From: a virus | Lineage: Duplodnaviria; Caudoviricetes | Virus record (IMG/VR): IMGVR_UViG_3300014205_000002 | Span: 1-64,000 of that record | Direction: 5' to 3' (one strand) | Length of the DNA: 64,000 nucleotides | Shown here: positions 44,412 to 53,241 of the stretch, in pieces | How positions within the stretch are numbered: position 1 is the first letter of the stretch | Layout: every line of letters begins with the position of its first letter | Translations under genes and position numbers: made by a program | Notes under the pieces: model-generated | What the model saw: the letters and a program-made list of their open reading frames with translations, nothing else | Databases searched by the model: none | What the model was told of the DNA's origin: nothing

Positions 44412-44420
44412 TGTTATGAT
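44412..44420 (+). promoter_or_regulatory. extended -10 promoter (TGnTATGAT), probably leaderless
   Basis: TGTTATGAT is followed 6 nt later by ATG 44427; no SD. Confidence 0.5.
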
Positions 44421-44426
44421 GTCGTC

Positions 44427-45191
44427 ATGATTGACGACGAGACCATCATCAAGGCCTACCTGTCAGGCCTGAGCATCCTGGACACGGCGCGCGAGACCGG
44501 CGCGTCCAAGTGGATGGTTGAGAAAACATTGAAGGCTGCGGGCGTGATGCGCGGTCTCTCCGAGCAATATGCCACCGGTGCATCCGCCTCCGGGAAATTG
44601 ATCGGCCGACCAGCGAAAGAGTTGCCGGAGGGCACCCTGGAAGAGATGCTGCGGCTTTACGATGGCGGCAAGAGCGCCAAGGCGATCGCAAAAGTGATTG
44701 GGATCGATCACCACCGGGCCACGGATATCATTCGTGAAGCAAAGGGCCTGACGTCCTTAAAGAAAGGGGGTTACGGGTGTGGCGGCCTCAAGCCCGGCGC
44801 GATCAAGCGCAAGGCTGTCGGTGGCGATCTGCGCCAGTGCGCCGACTGCAAAGTCGAGAAGCCGTTGGGAGAGTTCAGGAAAAACGGAACGCGCGTCGGT
44901 GGTCTCGCTATTTACTGCAAGCCTTGTTTCTCTGAACGCAGTAAATGGGTTGGCATGAAAGCACTCTACGGCGTCTCGCGAGAGCAGTTTGAAGACATGC
45001 TGCGGAAGCAAGAAGGCGTCTGCGCAATATGCCATAAGCCATGCAACTCAAAGCGCCGGCTATCGATCGATCATTGCCATGCGACCGGGAGAATAAGGGG
45101 ACTGCTTTGCATTAACTGTAACCATGGTCTCGGCCACTTTAAAGACAGTGTTGAATTATTAACAAATGCGCGCGACTATCTATCAGTGTGA
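44427..45191 (+). CDS. endonuclease VII-family (His-Me) putative homing endonuclease with N-terminal HTHs
   Basis: CADC...YCKPC; QEGVCAIC...IDHCHATGRIRGLLCINCNHGLGHFKD. Confidence 0.85.
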   Translation: MIDDETIIKAYLSGLSILDTARETGASKWMVEKTLKAAGVMRGLSEQYATGASASGKLIGRPAKELPEGTLEEMLRLYDGGKSAKAIAKVIGIDHHRATDIIREAKGLTSLKKGGYGCGGLKPGAIKRKAVGGDLRQCADCKVEKPLGEFRKNGTRVGGLAIYCKPCFSERSKWVGMKALYGVSREQFEDMLRKQEGVCAICHKPCNSKRRLSIDHCHATGRIRGLLCINCNHGLGHFKDSVELLTNARDYLSV

Positions 45192-45194
45192 AGG

Positions 45195-46805
45195 TTAAAT
45201 CTTTCCTGTTCGATGTAAAGTAAGAATTAAATTTGCGTACACTGCACAGTGAGCGAAATCGTCCGGGCTATCATCTGAATGGTCGTATTTAAACTTATCA
45301 TTGTTGTTTCTGTCTTCGATCGGTTCTTCTCTGATACACAGAATCATATCCGCGAACAACTTGAAGAACGACCAATGTGGAAACCAGTATTTCAGCGTGC
45401 GCATCTTCGTGAACGTCTCGCTCATGGCTTTCGTTCTATTGACCTTCCAGAGCCGCGAGTTCGGATCCCAGTGGGTCAGTTCATGCTGCTCGGAGACGTA
45501 CATGAACATGTGAACCGGCATCTTGATCTTCGCCTTGAGCAGCTCAGACTGGAGCAGGCCCGCACCCCAGTCGACGCCCACGTGGGTGACGCAGAAGTCC
45601 CGGATCTTGAGGGCGATCTCGTCGATCTGCTGGAAGAGGTCGGGGTTCGTAAACTTGTGGATGTAGATGGCCTGGAGCCTGTCGTCTCGGGTCAGCCCCC
45701 AGATGGCGAGCACGGTGAACGAGCGCCTGGCGGTCAGGCCCCAGTCGACAGTGGCGTAGATCGCAAGGAAGTCGTCGCGGCCCGGCATGAAGTAGTCGTA
45801 TGGCTCGAATTCGGGCTCGCAGCAGGCCTTGAGGTGATCCTCGTCGAGGATCGAGATACCGGAGCCCGCCGCCTGGCCCATCACCTCATTCAAGAACGTG
45901 ATGTTGTCGGCGTTGTGCAGCTTCCAACAGATCTTTGCCCACTTCTCCTCGTACTCGGTGTGACCGGGCATGATGATCTGCGGAATGCGGAAGCCGATCC
46001 ACTCCTGATCGAGCCCGGCCATCGCGCGCCAGTAGCCGGCCCGTACGTCGCAGACGGCCTTGCAGCGCTTGCAGCAGAAGCCCTTGAGCTGGATGTTCTC
46101 GATCGCCGGTAGGTTGTGGTGACCGCTCGGACAGATCACGATCCACTCGCACTGGCTGGAGCGCCGGAAGGTCTCCTCTAGCACGTTGCCCTTGGTCTTG
46201 GCCGTGCCCGTGCGCAGGATAAATTGCATGTCCGGCTTCTGGCCCGAGAGCGACTCCTCGACGATCGCGAGGTCATCGCTGACCATGTCCTGAACTTCGT
46301 CTTCAAGGATGCGGTTGGCCGACAGGCCGCGCAGGCTTTCTAGCTGGGAGGTCGCGCCGAAGTACATGACCGAGCCGTTGACGAAGCTGCGGTCGGTGAC
46401 GTTCTTGCGGCAGTTGTTGTCGACCCACCAGTTCTTCACGTCCGGCGAGGCGATGATCTTGCCGATATTCTGCGAGTAGCGGCGCATCTGCATCAGCGAC
46501 GGCAGGACGGCGATCGACTCCCAGTGATGCGAGCCGAGACACTCGGCGGTCTGGAAGTTCCGGGCCGTGACCGACTTGCCGACCTGACGCCCCGAGCAGA
46601 TCACGGTGTACTTCGCGCTGACGTTGTAGATGTCGGCGAACGGCGGATGCTCGTCCAGCGAAAAGCTTTCGCCCTTCAACTTGAACATCGACTCGGCGAT
46701 CGTTTGCTTGTTCGTGATGATGATCTGGCGACCATCCTGGTCAGTCGAGACCAGGGCCGGCCGGCCGTGTTCGTCGCGTATCAGAACCGGCGTGGATGCA
46801 CCCAT
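45195..46805 (-). CDS. terL: terminase large subunit
   Basis: Walker A GRQVGKS, LRGLSA, Walker B DEVQD, GTAK, nuclease VDWG and DDFAH; AGGGAG RBS. Confidence 0.85.
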   Translation of the reverse strand: MGASTPVLIRDEHGRPALVSTDQDGRQIIITNKQTIAESMFKLKGESFSLDEHPPFADIYNVSAKYTVICSGRQVGKSVTARNFQTAECLGSHHWESIAVLPSLMQMRRYSQNIGKIIASPDVKNWWVDNNCRKNVTDRSFVNGSVMYFGATSQLESLRGLSANRILEDEVQDMVSDDLAIVEESLSGQKPDMQFILRTGTAKTKGNVLEETFRRSSQCEWIVICPSGHHNLPAIENIQLKGFCCKRCKAVCDVRAGYWRAMAGLDQEWIGFRIPQIIMPGHTEYEEKWAKICWKLHNADNITFLNEVMGQAAGSGISILDEDHLKACCEPEFEPYDYFMPGRDDFLAIYATVDWGLTARRSFTVLAIWGLTRDDRLQAIYIHKFTNPDLFQQIDEIALKIRDFCVTHVGVDWGAGLLQSELLKAKIKMPVHMFMYVSEQHELTHWDPNSRLWKVNRTKAMSETFTKMRTLKYWFPHWSFFKLFADMILCIREEPIEDRNNNDKFKYDHSDDSPDDFAHCAVYANLILTLHRTGKI

Positions 46806-46881
46806 GGGGCTCCCTTGTAGATGCGCCTCCGAAGTGGTAGCTTGGTACTGCCAGTTTAGCATACGAGCAGGAGGAACCCCC

Positions 46882-47328
46882 ATGGGATTCGAGCTTCCGA
46901 CCGTCCAGGGCCCGCGCAATCGCACCGGCGAGCTCAAGCCCAATGGTCTTTTCGTCAGGCAGCATGCCAAGTCTCGCGTCAACGAGACGATCCCCTACGA
47001 GAACATCAAACGTGTGATCGGCACGGACAAGGACCTCGAAGTGATCTTTCACGACGGCGTCATCGACCCCGAGACGCAGGCGGTACGCAAGCCGATCGTC
47101 TTTGCGATCATGGAAGGCTCCAGTCACCAGATTCTTGACATGGAGAAGTTCATCGAGGGCTACGTGCTCGCGCAGAACCGCGGCAAGATGGACGAGCACG
47201 GCGAGGCGATCGTCGGCATCATCACGCAGCGCGCCAGTGCGCTGGAGAAGGAAGTGGTCTCGCCGTGGCCCGAGTTCGACATGGATCGCGTGCAGAACCG
47301 CCTCGACAACGCGTTCAGCTTCGCCTAG
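46882..47328 (+). CDS. hypothetical protein
   Basis: AGGAGG RBS; divergent from terL. Confidence 0.65.
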   Translation: MGFELPTVQGPRNRTGELKPNGLFVRQHAKSRVNETIPYENIKRVIGTDKDLEVIFHDGVIDPETQAVRKPIVFAIMEGSSHQILDMEKFIEGYVLAQNRGKMDEHGEAIVGIITQRASALEKEVVSPWPEFDMDRVQNRLDNAFSFA

Positions 47329-47351
47329 GGCGACTCGTTTCCCAGGCCCCC

Positions 47352-47358
47352 TATAATA
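47352..47358 (+). promoter_or_regulatory. TATAATA promoter heading the head operon
   Basis: CCCTATAATACCCTCGGA. Confidence 0.75.
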
Positions 47359-47398
47359 CCCTCGGACATCGACATGTCGGCCCCGAGGTGAGAGTGGC

Positions 47399-48160
47399 AT
47401 GAACAACATCCGACCCGATCTGGACGCCATGGCCCGCGAGATTGCATCCGCGCCACTTGCATCCAACCGTGACCTTGAGGACGCGATCACCAAGATCGCG
47501 TCCGAGCGGGGTCTGTCGGCCGGGGTGATTCAGGCGCTCACGCCGCTGGTGAACCGGCATGTATACAAGCGCGCGATGCTCGATGGGCGCAAGGACGAGT
47601 CTCCGCTCGCCGACGCCGGGGCGATCTTGCACCGGATGCGCCCCGCTGCCACCAAGTCCGCCGCAGCGACCGCAGCTCCCACGGGCTTCGGCTCGGGCGG
47701 CATCGGCGTCGGCGGACAGTTCTCGGGCGCACCCAAGCCGCTCAATGTCGGCCCGATGATGACGGCCAAGTACGCGAGCCAGGAGCGCGGCCTGGAGACG
47801 GAAGTCAAGGGCTTGAACGCCCAGGTTCGCCAGGGCAAGCAAGAGATGATCGGCCTCGCCAAGTTCGCGCGGCAGGTCGGCCTGGTCGGCACCGCTGGCT
47901 TCGACGACCTGATCGCAGCCCAGCCGGAGTACGCGCAGTCGCTCATGCGCGAAGCGGTTGAGAAGTGTGCGGCCACGGTGTGGCCGTACTCGCCCGAGCA
48001 GCTCAAGCTCTACCTGCCCACCGCGATCGCGCAGATCGAGAAGATGGCGGCGATCGCGGGCTCGATTCACGACTCCGAGGTCGCGATCCTCGACGCCAAG
48101 GAAAAGCTCGACCATGTCCGTGCGGAGTTGGGCGTGTTTCGTGGAGGGTATCGCCTGTGA
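47399..48160 (+). CDS. putative prohead core protein
   Basis: Six K-x-A sites; helical composition. Confidence 0.65.
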   Translation: MNNIRPDLDAMAREIASAPLASNRDLEDAITKIASERGLSAGVIQALTPLVNRHVYKRAMLDGRKDESPLADAGAILHRMRPAATKSAAATAAPTGFGSGGIGVGGQFSGAPKPLNVGPMMTAKYASQERGLETEVKGLNAQVRQGKQEMIGLAKFARQVGLVGTAGFDDLIAAQPEYAQSLMREAVEKCAATVWPYSPEQLKLYLPTAIAQIEKMAAIAGSIHDSEVAILDAKEKLDHVRAELGVFRGGYRL

Positions 48161-48594
48161 GCTTCAACAAGGAAGCCTTCTGGGATCGCATTGCCGCTGG
48201 CGTCAAGGCTACGCTCAGTCAGCCAAAGATGCAGACCCAACTCGCGGTAGCGGCCGGCGTTGGCGCATTCGGTCTCGGCCAGATGGCCATGGGTCGGCTC
48301 GCCGAGCATCGCTCCTACAATCAGATGCTCGATCTCTACCCCGAGCTCAAGCGCGAGAACCCCGAGCAGGTCAAGCTCTACTTCGACACGATCCGCTCCT
48401 CCGCCCCCGGGCTCGCGAGGCAGCCGCTGGTCGCGGGCTCCGTGGTCAAGCGACTGGTGAACTTCGGCGGATTCGATCATGCCGTCTACAAGGATCTCCT
48501 CTCCGCCCAGAGCGTCATCAACGGTAACTCGGGCCACTTCGGCGAGCAGTTGCTGGGCCTCAACAAGACCGTCAACTCAATGCTCTCTCCCTAG
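48157..48594 (+). CDS. putative head-associated protein with one hydrophobic helix
   Basis: GTGA coupling and GGAGG RBS; NKEAFW near the start. Confidence 0.65.
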   Translation: MSFNKEAFWDRIAAGVKATLSQPKMQTQLAVAAGVGAFGLGQMAMGRLAEHRSYNQMLDLYPELKRENPEQVKLYFDTIRSSAPGLARQPLVAGSVVKRLVNFGGFDHAVYKDLLSAQSVINGNSGHFGEQLLGLNKTVNSMLSP

Positions 48595-48630
48595 CGTCCG
48601 CATCCCCAAAGCCCACCCACCCGGTCTCCC

Positions 48631-48637
48631 TATAATA
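48631..48637 (+). promoter_or_regulatory. TATAATA phage promoter
   Basis: CCCTATAATAC about 32 nt before ATG 48670. Confidence 0.75.
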
Positions 48638-48669
48638 CGGGTAGACAAGCGTCCACTCAGGAGGAAACC

Positions 48670-49152
48670 ATGTCCGCATTTGATCTGTTCATGACGATCC
48701 AGAATAAGAAGGCGAACGAAGCCGTCGGTGCCGGCTCCGTCGGCAACGGTCCCCAGAACATGGGGATGCAGGATTCTGACCCAGCCACCGCAACCAACAG
48801 CGCCCTCTCGGCCCAGCGCGCCGCAGCCTCGGCCGCACCGGTCGGCGTCGGCCTGGAGCCGGACGGCGGCATGGGCACAAACAAGTCTATCCCAACGGCG
48901 ATGCCTGGCCAGAACCTGTTCCAGGCCGTCGAGCAGGCTGCCGCCACCGGCAAGGTCGCCACGATCGTCGAGTACGCCAAGGGGTTCGCCGAACAGTGCA
49001 TGAATGTCAACATGCAGAACTACGCGAACACCAAGTCGGCATCGAGCGCCGAGCAAAACGCCTGGTTCGACAAGCTGGCTTCGAGCACGATCGAGGACGG
49101 CTACGAGATGGGCCGTCGTTTCGCGCTCCAGCGCCTGGCCGGCAAGGCGTAG
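48670..49152 (+). CDS. putative prohead core/internal protein
   Basis: AGGAGG RBS; MSAFDLF tag; KKA, KVA, KSAS, KLAS. Confidence 0.7.
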   Translation: MSAFDLFMTIQNKKANEAVGAGSVGNGPQNMGMQDSDPATATNSALSAQRAAASAAPVGVGLEPDGGMGTNKSIPTAMPGQNLFQAVEQAAATGKVATIVEYAKGFAEQCMNVNMQNYANTKSASSAEQNAWFDKLASSTIEDGYEMGRRFALQRLAGKA

Positions 49153-49169
49153 GCGTCAATCCGTCATGA

Positions 49170-49193
49170 GGGGCGGCGGGCAACCGCTGCCCC
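49170..49193 (+). other. GNRA-capped intergenic hairpin
   Basis: GGGGCGGCGG-GCAA-CCGCTGCCCC directly before the AGGAG RBS. Confidence 0.55.
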
Positions 49194-49206
49194 AGGAGTT
49201 TTCACG

Positions 49207-49860
49207 ATGCAGAAGCCCACGATCGGGGTCATCGCGCTCGCGGCGGCCGCCAAGGCCGCCAATGTCGGCGATCCCTACGATCAGATCGTCAACCCCGTCG
49301 CGAACACCGCTTCAACAGCGGCTCGCCATGCGGTGACGGGAGCTGGCATCGGGACCGGCCTCAGCACAGCCCTCGCGATTGCGACCAAGGGAAAGAAGAT
49401 CGGCATGCCCGGCATCGGCACCGCCGCCGTCGCCGGCGGCACGCTGGGCGGCATCTCCGGCGTGCATAATTCAAACCAGCATCGCCGCGAGGCCATGCTC
49501 CAGATGGGCATCCCCAAGATGGCCGGCCTGCTCGCGCTCGCAGCCACGGCCAAGAGCGCCGGCATGTGGGACGAGGCCGCCCGCGGCTGGAAGGCCTTCG
49601 ATTCGCGCCTCGTCCATGTGGGCACGGGTGTGCGCCGGGCGACGGAGATGGTCGGTGAAGGTCTTGAGAGCGTCGGGCGCGCCGGCACGGCGCTCAAGGG
49701 CGTGGGCGCGCAGATGAACGACCAGATCGCTGGCCGCATCGCCACCGGTGCCGCCTGGACACTGGGGATCGGTGCGGTCGCGAAGAACGTGGCCGAGCAG
49801 AAGATCCTCGACGAGCAGATCACCGCCCGCCGCCGCCAGGCTGCGGCCTACTACGGGTAG
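49207..49860 (+). CDS. glycine-zipper putative internal head protein
   Basis: Two LALAAxAKxA units each followed by G/A-rich helices. Confidence 0.65.
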   Translation: MQKPTIGVIALAAAAKAANVGDPYDQIVNPVANTASTAARHAVTGAGIGTGLSTALAIATKGKKIGMPGIGTAAVAGGTLGGISGVHNSNQHRREAMLQMGIPKMAGLLALAATAKSAGMWDEAARGWKAFDSRLVHVGTGVRRATEMVGEGLESVGRAGTALKGVGAQMNDQIAGRIATGAAWTLGIGAVAKNVAEQKILDEQITARRRQAAAYYG

Positions 49861-49866
49861 GCCGCC

Positions 49867-51252
49867 GTGGGCGAGTGGCAGGAAAAGATCATCCCATCGG
49901 GTGATCGCACATTCTTGAACGAGGGCGAGCAGCGCGTGACGCCGCTCGTGTCTTGCCACGGCCGCCTTGAGATCGACGATCGACGCGGGCGCACCAAGGT
50001 CGCCGCCGCCGAAGAGGCGCTTGAAGCCGCCGCCAAGATCACGCCGGTGGCCGGCCGCGTCTACATCCTAAACGTGGCGCTGGGCTCGTTTGAGTTCTGG
50101 GGCGACAACAACAACGGCGACGCCTTCCCCGAAGCCGGCCTCCTGGGCCTGCCACCGGCGGACGTGCCGATGTCGTTCTTCGACCGCCTCGCCGCACGCA
50201 TGAAGGGTAAGGACTGGGGGCACAAGACCTTCCTGAACGGCCACACCTTTGAGGAGCACCGGAACACCGATCCGTCACTCGCGATCGGCGGCATCGCAGG
50301 CACCTACTGGAACGATCGCATGCACCGCTGCGAGAACATCCTCTGGATCGACCGCAAGAAGGGTGCGAAGTGGGCCACCCGTATCGACGCCGGCGAGCCG
50401 GTCGGCACCTCAATGGCCTGCAAGATCCCCTTTGATCGCTGTTCGCGGTGCGGCAACCTCGCGGTCACCCGCGTGAGCTACTGCCAGCACCTCAAGCCGG
50501 GCATCAACTCCCAGAACCGTCACATCCTCGCGGACGGCCTGCGCGTGTGCATGATGAACGACTTCCCCTGGTTCTTCGACGACTCGATGGTCGAGAACCC
50601 CGCTGCCCCAGAGGCCCTGACGCTCATGAAGATCGCGAGTGCGCCCGCCGTCCCCGCCAAACGCGCCGAACTGACCAAGGACACGCCGGACCTCCCCAGC
50701 GACGTGATGGCCGACGAGGAGGCCCTGGCCCTCTATGACGCCGAACAGCGGCTGCCGATCGAAGCCCTCGCAAAGCTCGCGGGCCTCGGCCTGCCGTCGA
50801 TCCTGGAGGCCAGTGAACGACTAGGCATGGCGCTGCGCCCGAGTGAAGTCTTCGCCCTGCACTTCGGCCTCAAGTACGCCAGCGACGACACCATTGACCT
50901 CGATCGGCTCGCGGTGCGCCGCCCGGTTCGATACGATGACGTCGATCTCTCTGCGCTCAAGTCCGCAGGCCAGCCACTTGCCCCCAGCTGGGACTTTCGC
51001 AAGGTCGCGCGGGCCCAGGCGCTGCTGGCCCCCTTCGCGCCCAGCCGCTCCTATCTACCCGAGCACCTGGTCGGCCGGCTTGTCCGGCTCGCGAAGTCTG
51101 CCGCCAGACTTTCTCCGCCGATCATGAGCGAGCGCGCCGACAGCCAGCTCGCGATCTACCACGCGCTTTGCAAGCTCGCATCGGGTCGCGTCGGCGTCGC
51201 CAGGCCGAATGCGGCCGCGATCACGCGCCTGCTCGCCGAGGGGCCAGCATGA
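49867..51252 (+). CDS. putative prohead maturation protease with Zn finger
   Basis: NNNGDAF, EEH, TSMAC...CSRC...YCQH, DDSMVENPA; located upstream of the capsid genes. Confidence 0.7.
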   Translation: MGEWQEKIIPSGDRTFLNEGEQRVTPLVSCHGRLEIDDRRGRTKVAAAEEALEAAAKITPVAGRVYILNVALGSFEFWGDNNNGDAFPEAGLLGLPPADVPMSFFDRLAARMKGKDWGHKTFLNGHTFEEHRNTDPSLAIGGIAGTYWNDRMHRCENILWIDRKKGAKWATRIDAGEPVGTSMACKIPFDRCSRCGNLAVTRVSYCQHLKPGINSQNRHILADGLRVCMMNDFPWFFDDSMVENPAAPEALTLMKIASAPAVPAKRAELTKDTPDLPSDVMADEEALALYDAEQRLPIEALAKLAGLGLPSILEASERLGMALRPSEVFALHFGLKYASDDTIDLDRLAVRRPVRYDDVDLSALKSAGQPLAPSWDFRKVARAQALLAPFAPSRSYLPEHLVGRLVRLAKSAARLSPPIMSERADSQLAIYHALCKLASGRVGVARPNAAAITRLLAEGPA

Positions 51253-51551
51253 GCCGGCCCTACGACGCCTTCATGGCGCACATGAAGCGCGCCGCCGACG
51301 AGGAGGCCAGCCTGGCCGCCTACTTCCAGCGCAGCAAGGGCGAGCTGGCGCACAACGCCACCAGCAATGTTCTCTACGGACTCCTTAGCAACCCCCGCGG
51401 GGGCGGCCCGGTGTCCGTGATGGGGGCCAGCGCAGGGGGCGTCATCGACGGCCTGCTGTTCAAGCCCATGGTGGACGCCACCGCCCACGCGATCGGCAAG
51501 GGCCTGGCCCTGGTCGACCGCAACCGATCCCCGAAGCCAGACGCCCTATAA
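51249..51551 (+). CDS. small tagged putative internal head protein
   Basis: ATGA coupling; MSRPYDAFMAHMKRAA. Confidence 0.65.
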   Translation: MSRPYDAFMAHMKRAADEEASLAAYFQRSKGELAHNATSNVLYGLLSNPRGGGPVSVMGASAGGVIDGLLFKPMVDATAHAIGKGLALVDRNRSPKPDAL

Positions 51552-51553
51552 TA
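51547..51553 (+). promoter_or_regulatory. TATAATA phage promoter
   Basis: CCCTATAATACC, overlapping the upstream TAA. Confidence 0.75.
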
Positions 51554-51577
51554 CCTTCAAGGGAGGACACGACCGCC

Positions 51578-52063
51578 ATGACGACCCTCAATATCGAATC
51601 GCTGATCAATCAGATCACCACGAAGCGCGCCAGCGAGGATTCCGCCGCCGCCCCTGCGGCCCCTGCGCCCGCAGATACCAGCACCCCCCAGAAGCAGGCC
51701 TCGGTTGACCTCGGCACGCCCGAAGGTCTCAAAGCCAGCATCGACGCACTGTCGCCCGAGGTGAAGGCGGCCTGCATGGTCGAAGCGCTCACCATGCTCC
51801 AGGCCGACGACGCCCGCCTGGGCCTCGCCACCGCTGTCGGCGAGAAGTCCGCTGGTCAGACGGTCGACTTCCAGACGCTGACTGCCGAGGAGAAGGCATC
51901 GTTCGAGAATGCGTTCAACGACCACAGCGCCAAGCTTGCGTCGGAGAACCCAGACTACGCCCTGTTCCTGAATATCGAAGCCGTCAAGATGGCTTTCGAT
52001 CAGGGCGCAGAAGACGCCGAGCAGGAGGTCCTCAAGCGGGCCTCCGAGAAGACCGGCCAGTAG
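51578..52063 (+). CDS. putative scaffold/core protein
   Basis: GGAGG RBS; acidic; 7 of 10 Lys are in K-x-A. Confidence 0.7.
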   Translation: MTTLNIESLINQITTKRASEDSAAAPAAPAPADTSTPQKQASVDLGTPEGLKASIDALSPEVKAACMVEALTMLQADDARLGLATAVGEKSAGQTVDFQTLTAEEKASFENAFNDHSAKLASENPDYALFLNIEAVKMAFDQGAEDAEQEVLKRASEKTGQ

Positions 52064-52086
52064 GCCGGGCGCGAAGGAGAACCCCT

Positions 52087-52431
52087 ATGTCCGCTTTCGA
52101 TCAGTTTTTCAATGGCATCACCGCTGCGCCCGCAACGCCCGCCGTCAAACAGGCCGCCGAGACCCAGGTCAAAGTAGCCTTCGACTCGCCGGCGGAAGAG
52201 GCCTTCTGGGAGGGCCTCGCCAGTGGCGACAAGCAGGCGGCCCGCTCCGGCGACGACACCATCGCCGCCAAGGACCTGTTTGAGGACATCTTCGACCTCC
52301 ACACGACCAAGTTGGCGTCAACCAACCCCGAGTACGCCCATGTCCTGCGCGTCCTGGCCGTGAAAGAGGCCTTCGAGGCCGGGCACGACGAGACGATAGC
52401 CTCGGCTCAGGCCGTCGGCATCGTCCAGTAG
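52087..52431 (+). CDS. putative scaffold/core protein, paralogue of 51578-52063
   Basis: AAGGAG RBS; MSAFDQF tag; 5 of 6 Lys are in K-x-A. Confidence 0.7.
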   Translation: MSAFDQFFNGITAAPATPAVKQAAETQVKVAFDSPAEEAFWEGLASGDKQAARSGDDTIAAKDLFEDIFDLHTTKLASTNPEYAHVLRVLAVKEAFEAGHDETIASAQAVGIVQ

Positions 52432-52441
52432 GGGCGCGCCG

Positions 52442-52735
52442 ATGAAAACCTGGCAGACCGATGTCGACGACCTGCGAAAGCAGGCGTCTGACAAGATGCG
52501 GGAAGCCGCAGACATACTCGCGGTCGCCAGCCAGGAGAAGGCAGCGAGCCAGGACGAGTCCGATCGGGCGATCATCGACAAGAAGCTCGCCTCGATCTAC
52601 ACGAACCTGCTCTATGCGGATCTGGCGAAGACGGCAACCGAGGCCATCAAGTCGGCCAGGCAGATCCCCGCTGCCGCCCCCGGCATGGCCCATGCGGGCC
52701 TGGTCGCCCAGGCTCTACTCTTGAGGGCCGTCTAA
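52442..52735 (+). CDS. putative core protein
   Basis: MKTWQ start; 5 of 8 Lys are in K-x-A. Confidence 0.65.
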   Translation: MKTWQTDVDDLRKQASDKMREAADILAVASQEKAASQDESDRAIIDKKLASIYTNLLYADLAKTATEAIKSARQIPAAAPGMAHAGLVAQALLLRAV

Positions 52736-52737
52736 AC

Positions 52738-53241
52738 ATGGATCGCGCGACCAGTCACTGGCTCGCCAAGGCCGCCGAGGCACTCGCCCCGGCGGTCGAT
52801 CCTGCCTGCACGGCTGCCGACGCGCTGACGCTGATCGCCTACGGTGAGATCGCCAAGCGCGCGGCGATCGATCTCGGCAACGAGATCGAGCATCCTTTTA
52901 AGCGCTACTGGCTCCACCGGGTCGGCGGAGCCGCCGCAGGCGCTGCGGCCGGAGCTGGCGTATCAGCGCTTGCGGGCAGCCGAGGCCTGGCCCTGGTGCC
53001 CGGCGCGCTCGCCGGTGCATTCGTGGGTGAAAAGGGCGGGGAGATCAAGAGTCTCGCCAACCACGCCCGTGCGGTCGATGAACTGGAACTTTCGGGGCAC
53101 CATGTGCCGGATGCGGTACGCCATCCCCACCTCTATGGGACCGTGGCCCACCATGCGGCCGTTCGCGGAATGAAAGATCGCGTCGCAGCCGCCCAGGCGA
53201 TGATGCTGTCCGCCATGCCGATCGAGCCCCCAGCGCCATGA
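52738..53241 (+). CDS. glycine-zipper protein, paralogue of 9316-9888
   Basis: HPF...GGAAAG...HARAV...VRHPH. Confidence 0.65.
   Translation: MDRATSHWLAKAAEALAPAVDPACTAADALTLIAYGEIAKRAAIDLGNEIEHPFKRYWLHRVGGAAAGAAAGAGVSALAGSRGLALVPGALAGAFVGEKGGEIKSLANHARAVDELELSGHHVPDAVRHPHLYGTVAHHAAVRGMKDRVAAAQAMMLSAMPIEPPAP

Noticed and set aside
46882-47328. Terminase small subunit
   Set aside because: Only adjacency to terL supports it; it is divergently transcribed and has no recognisable motif
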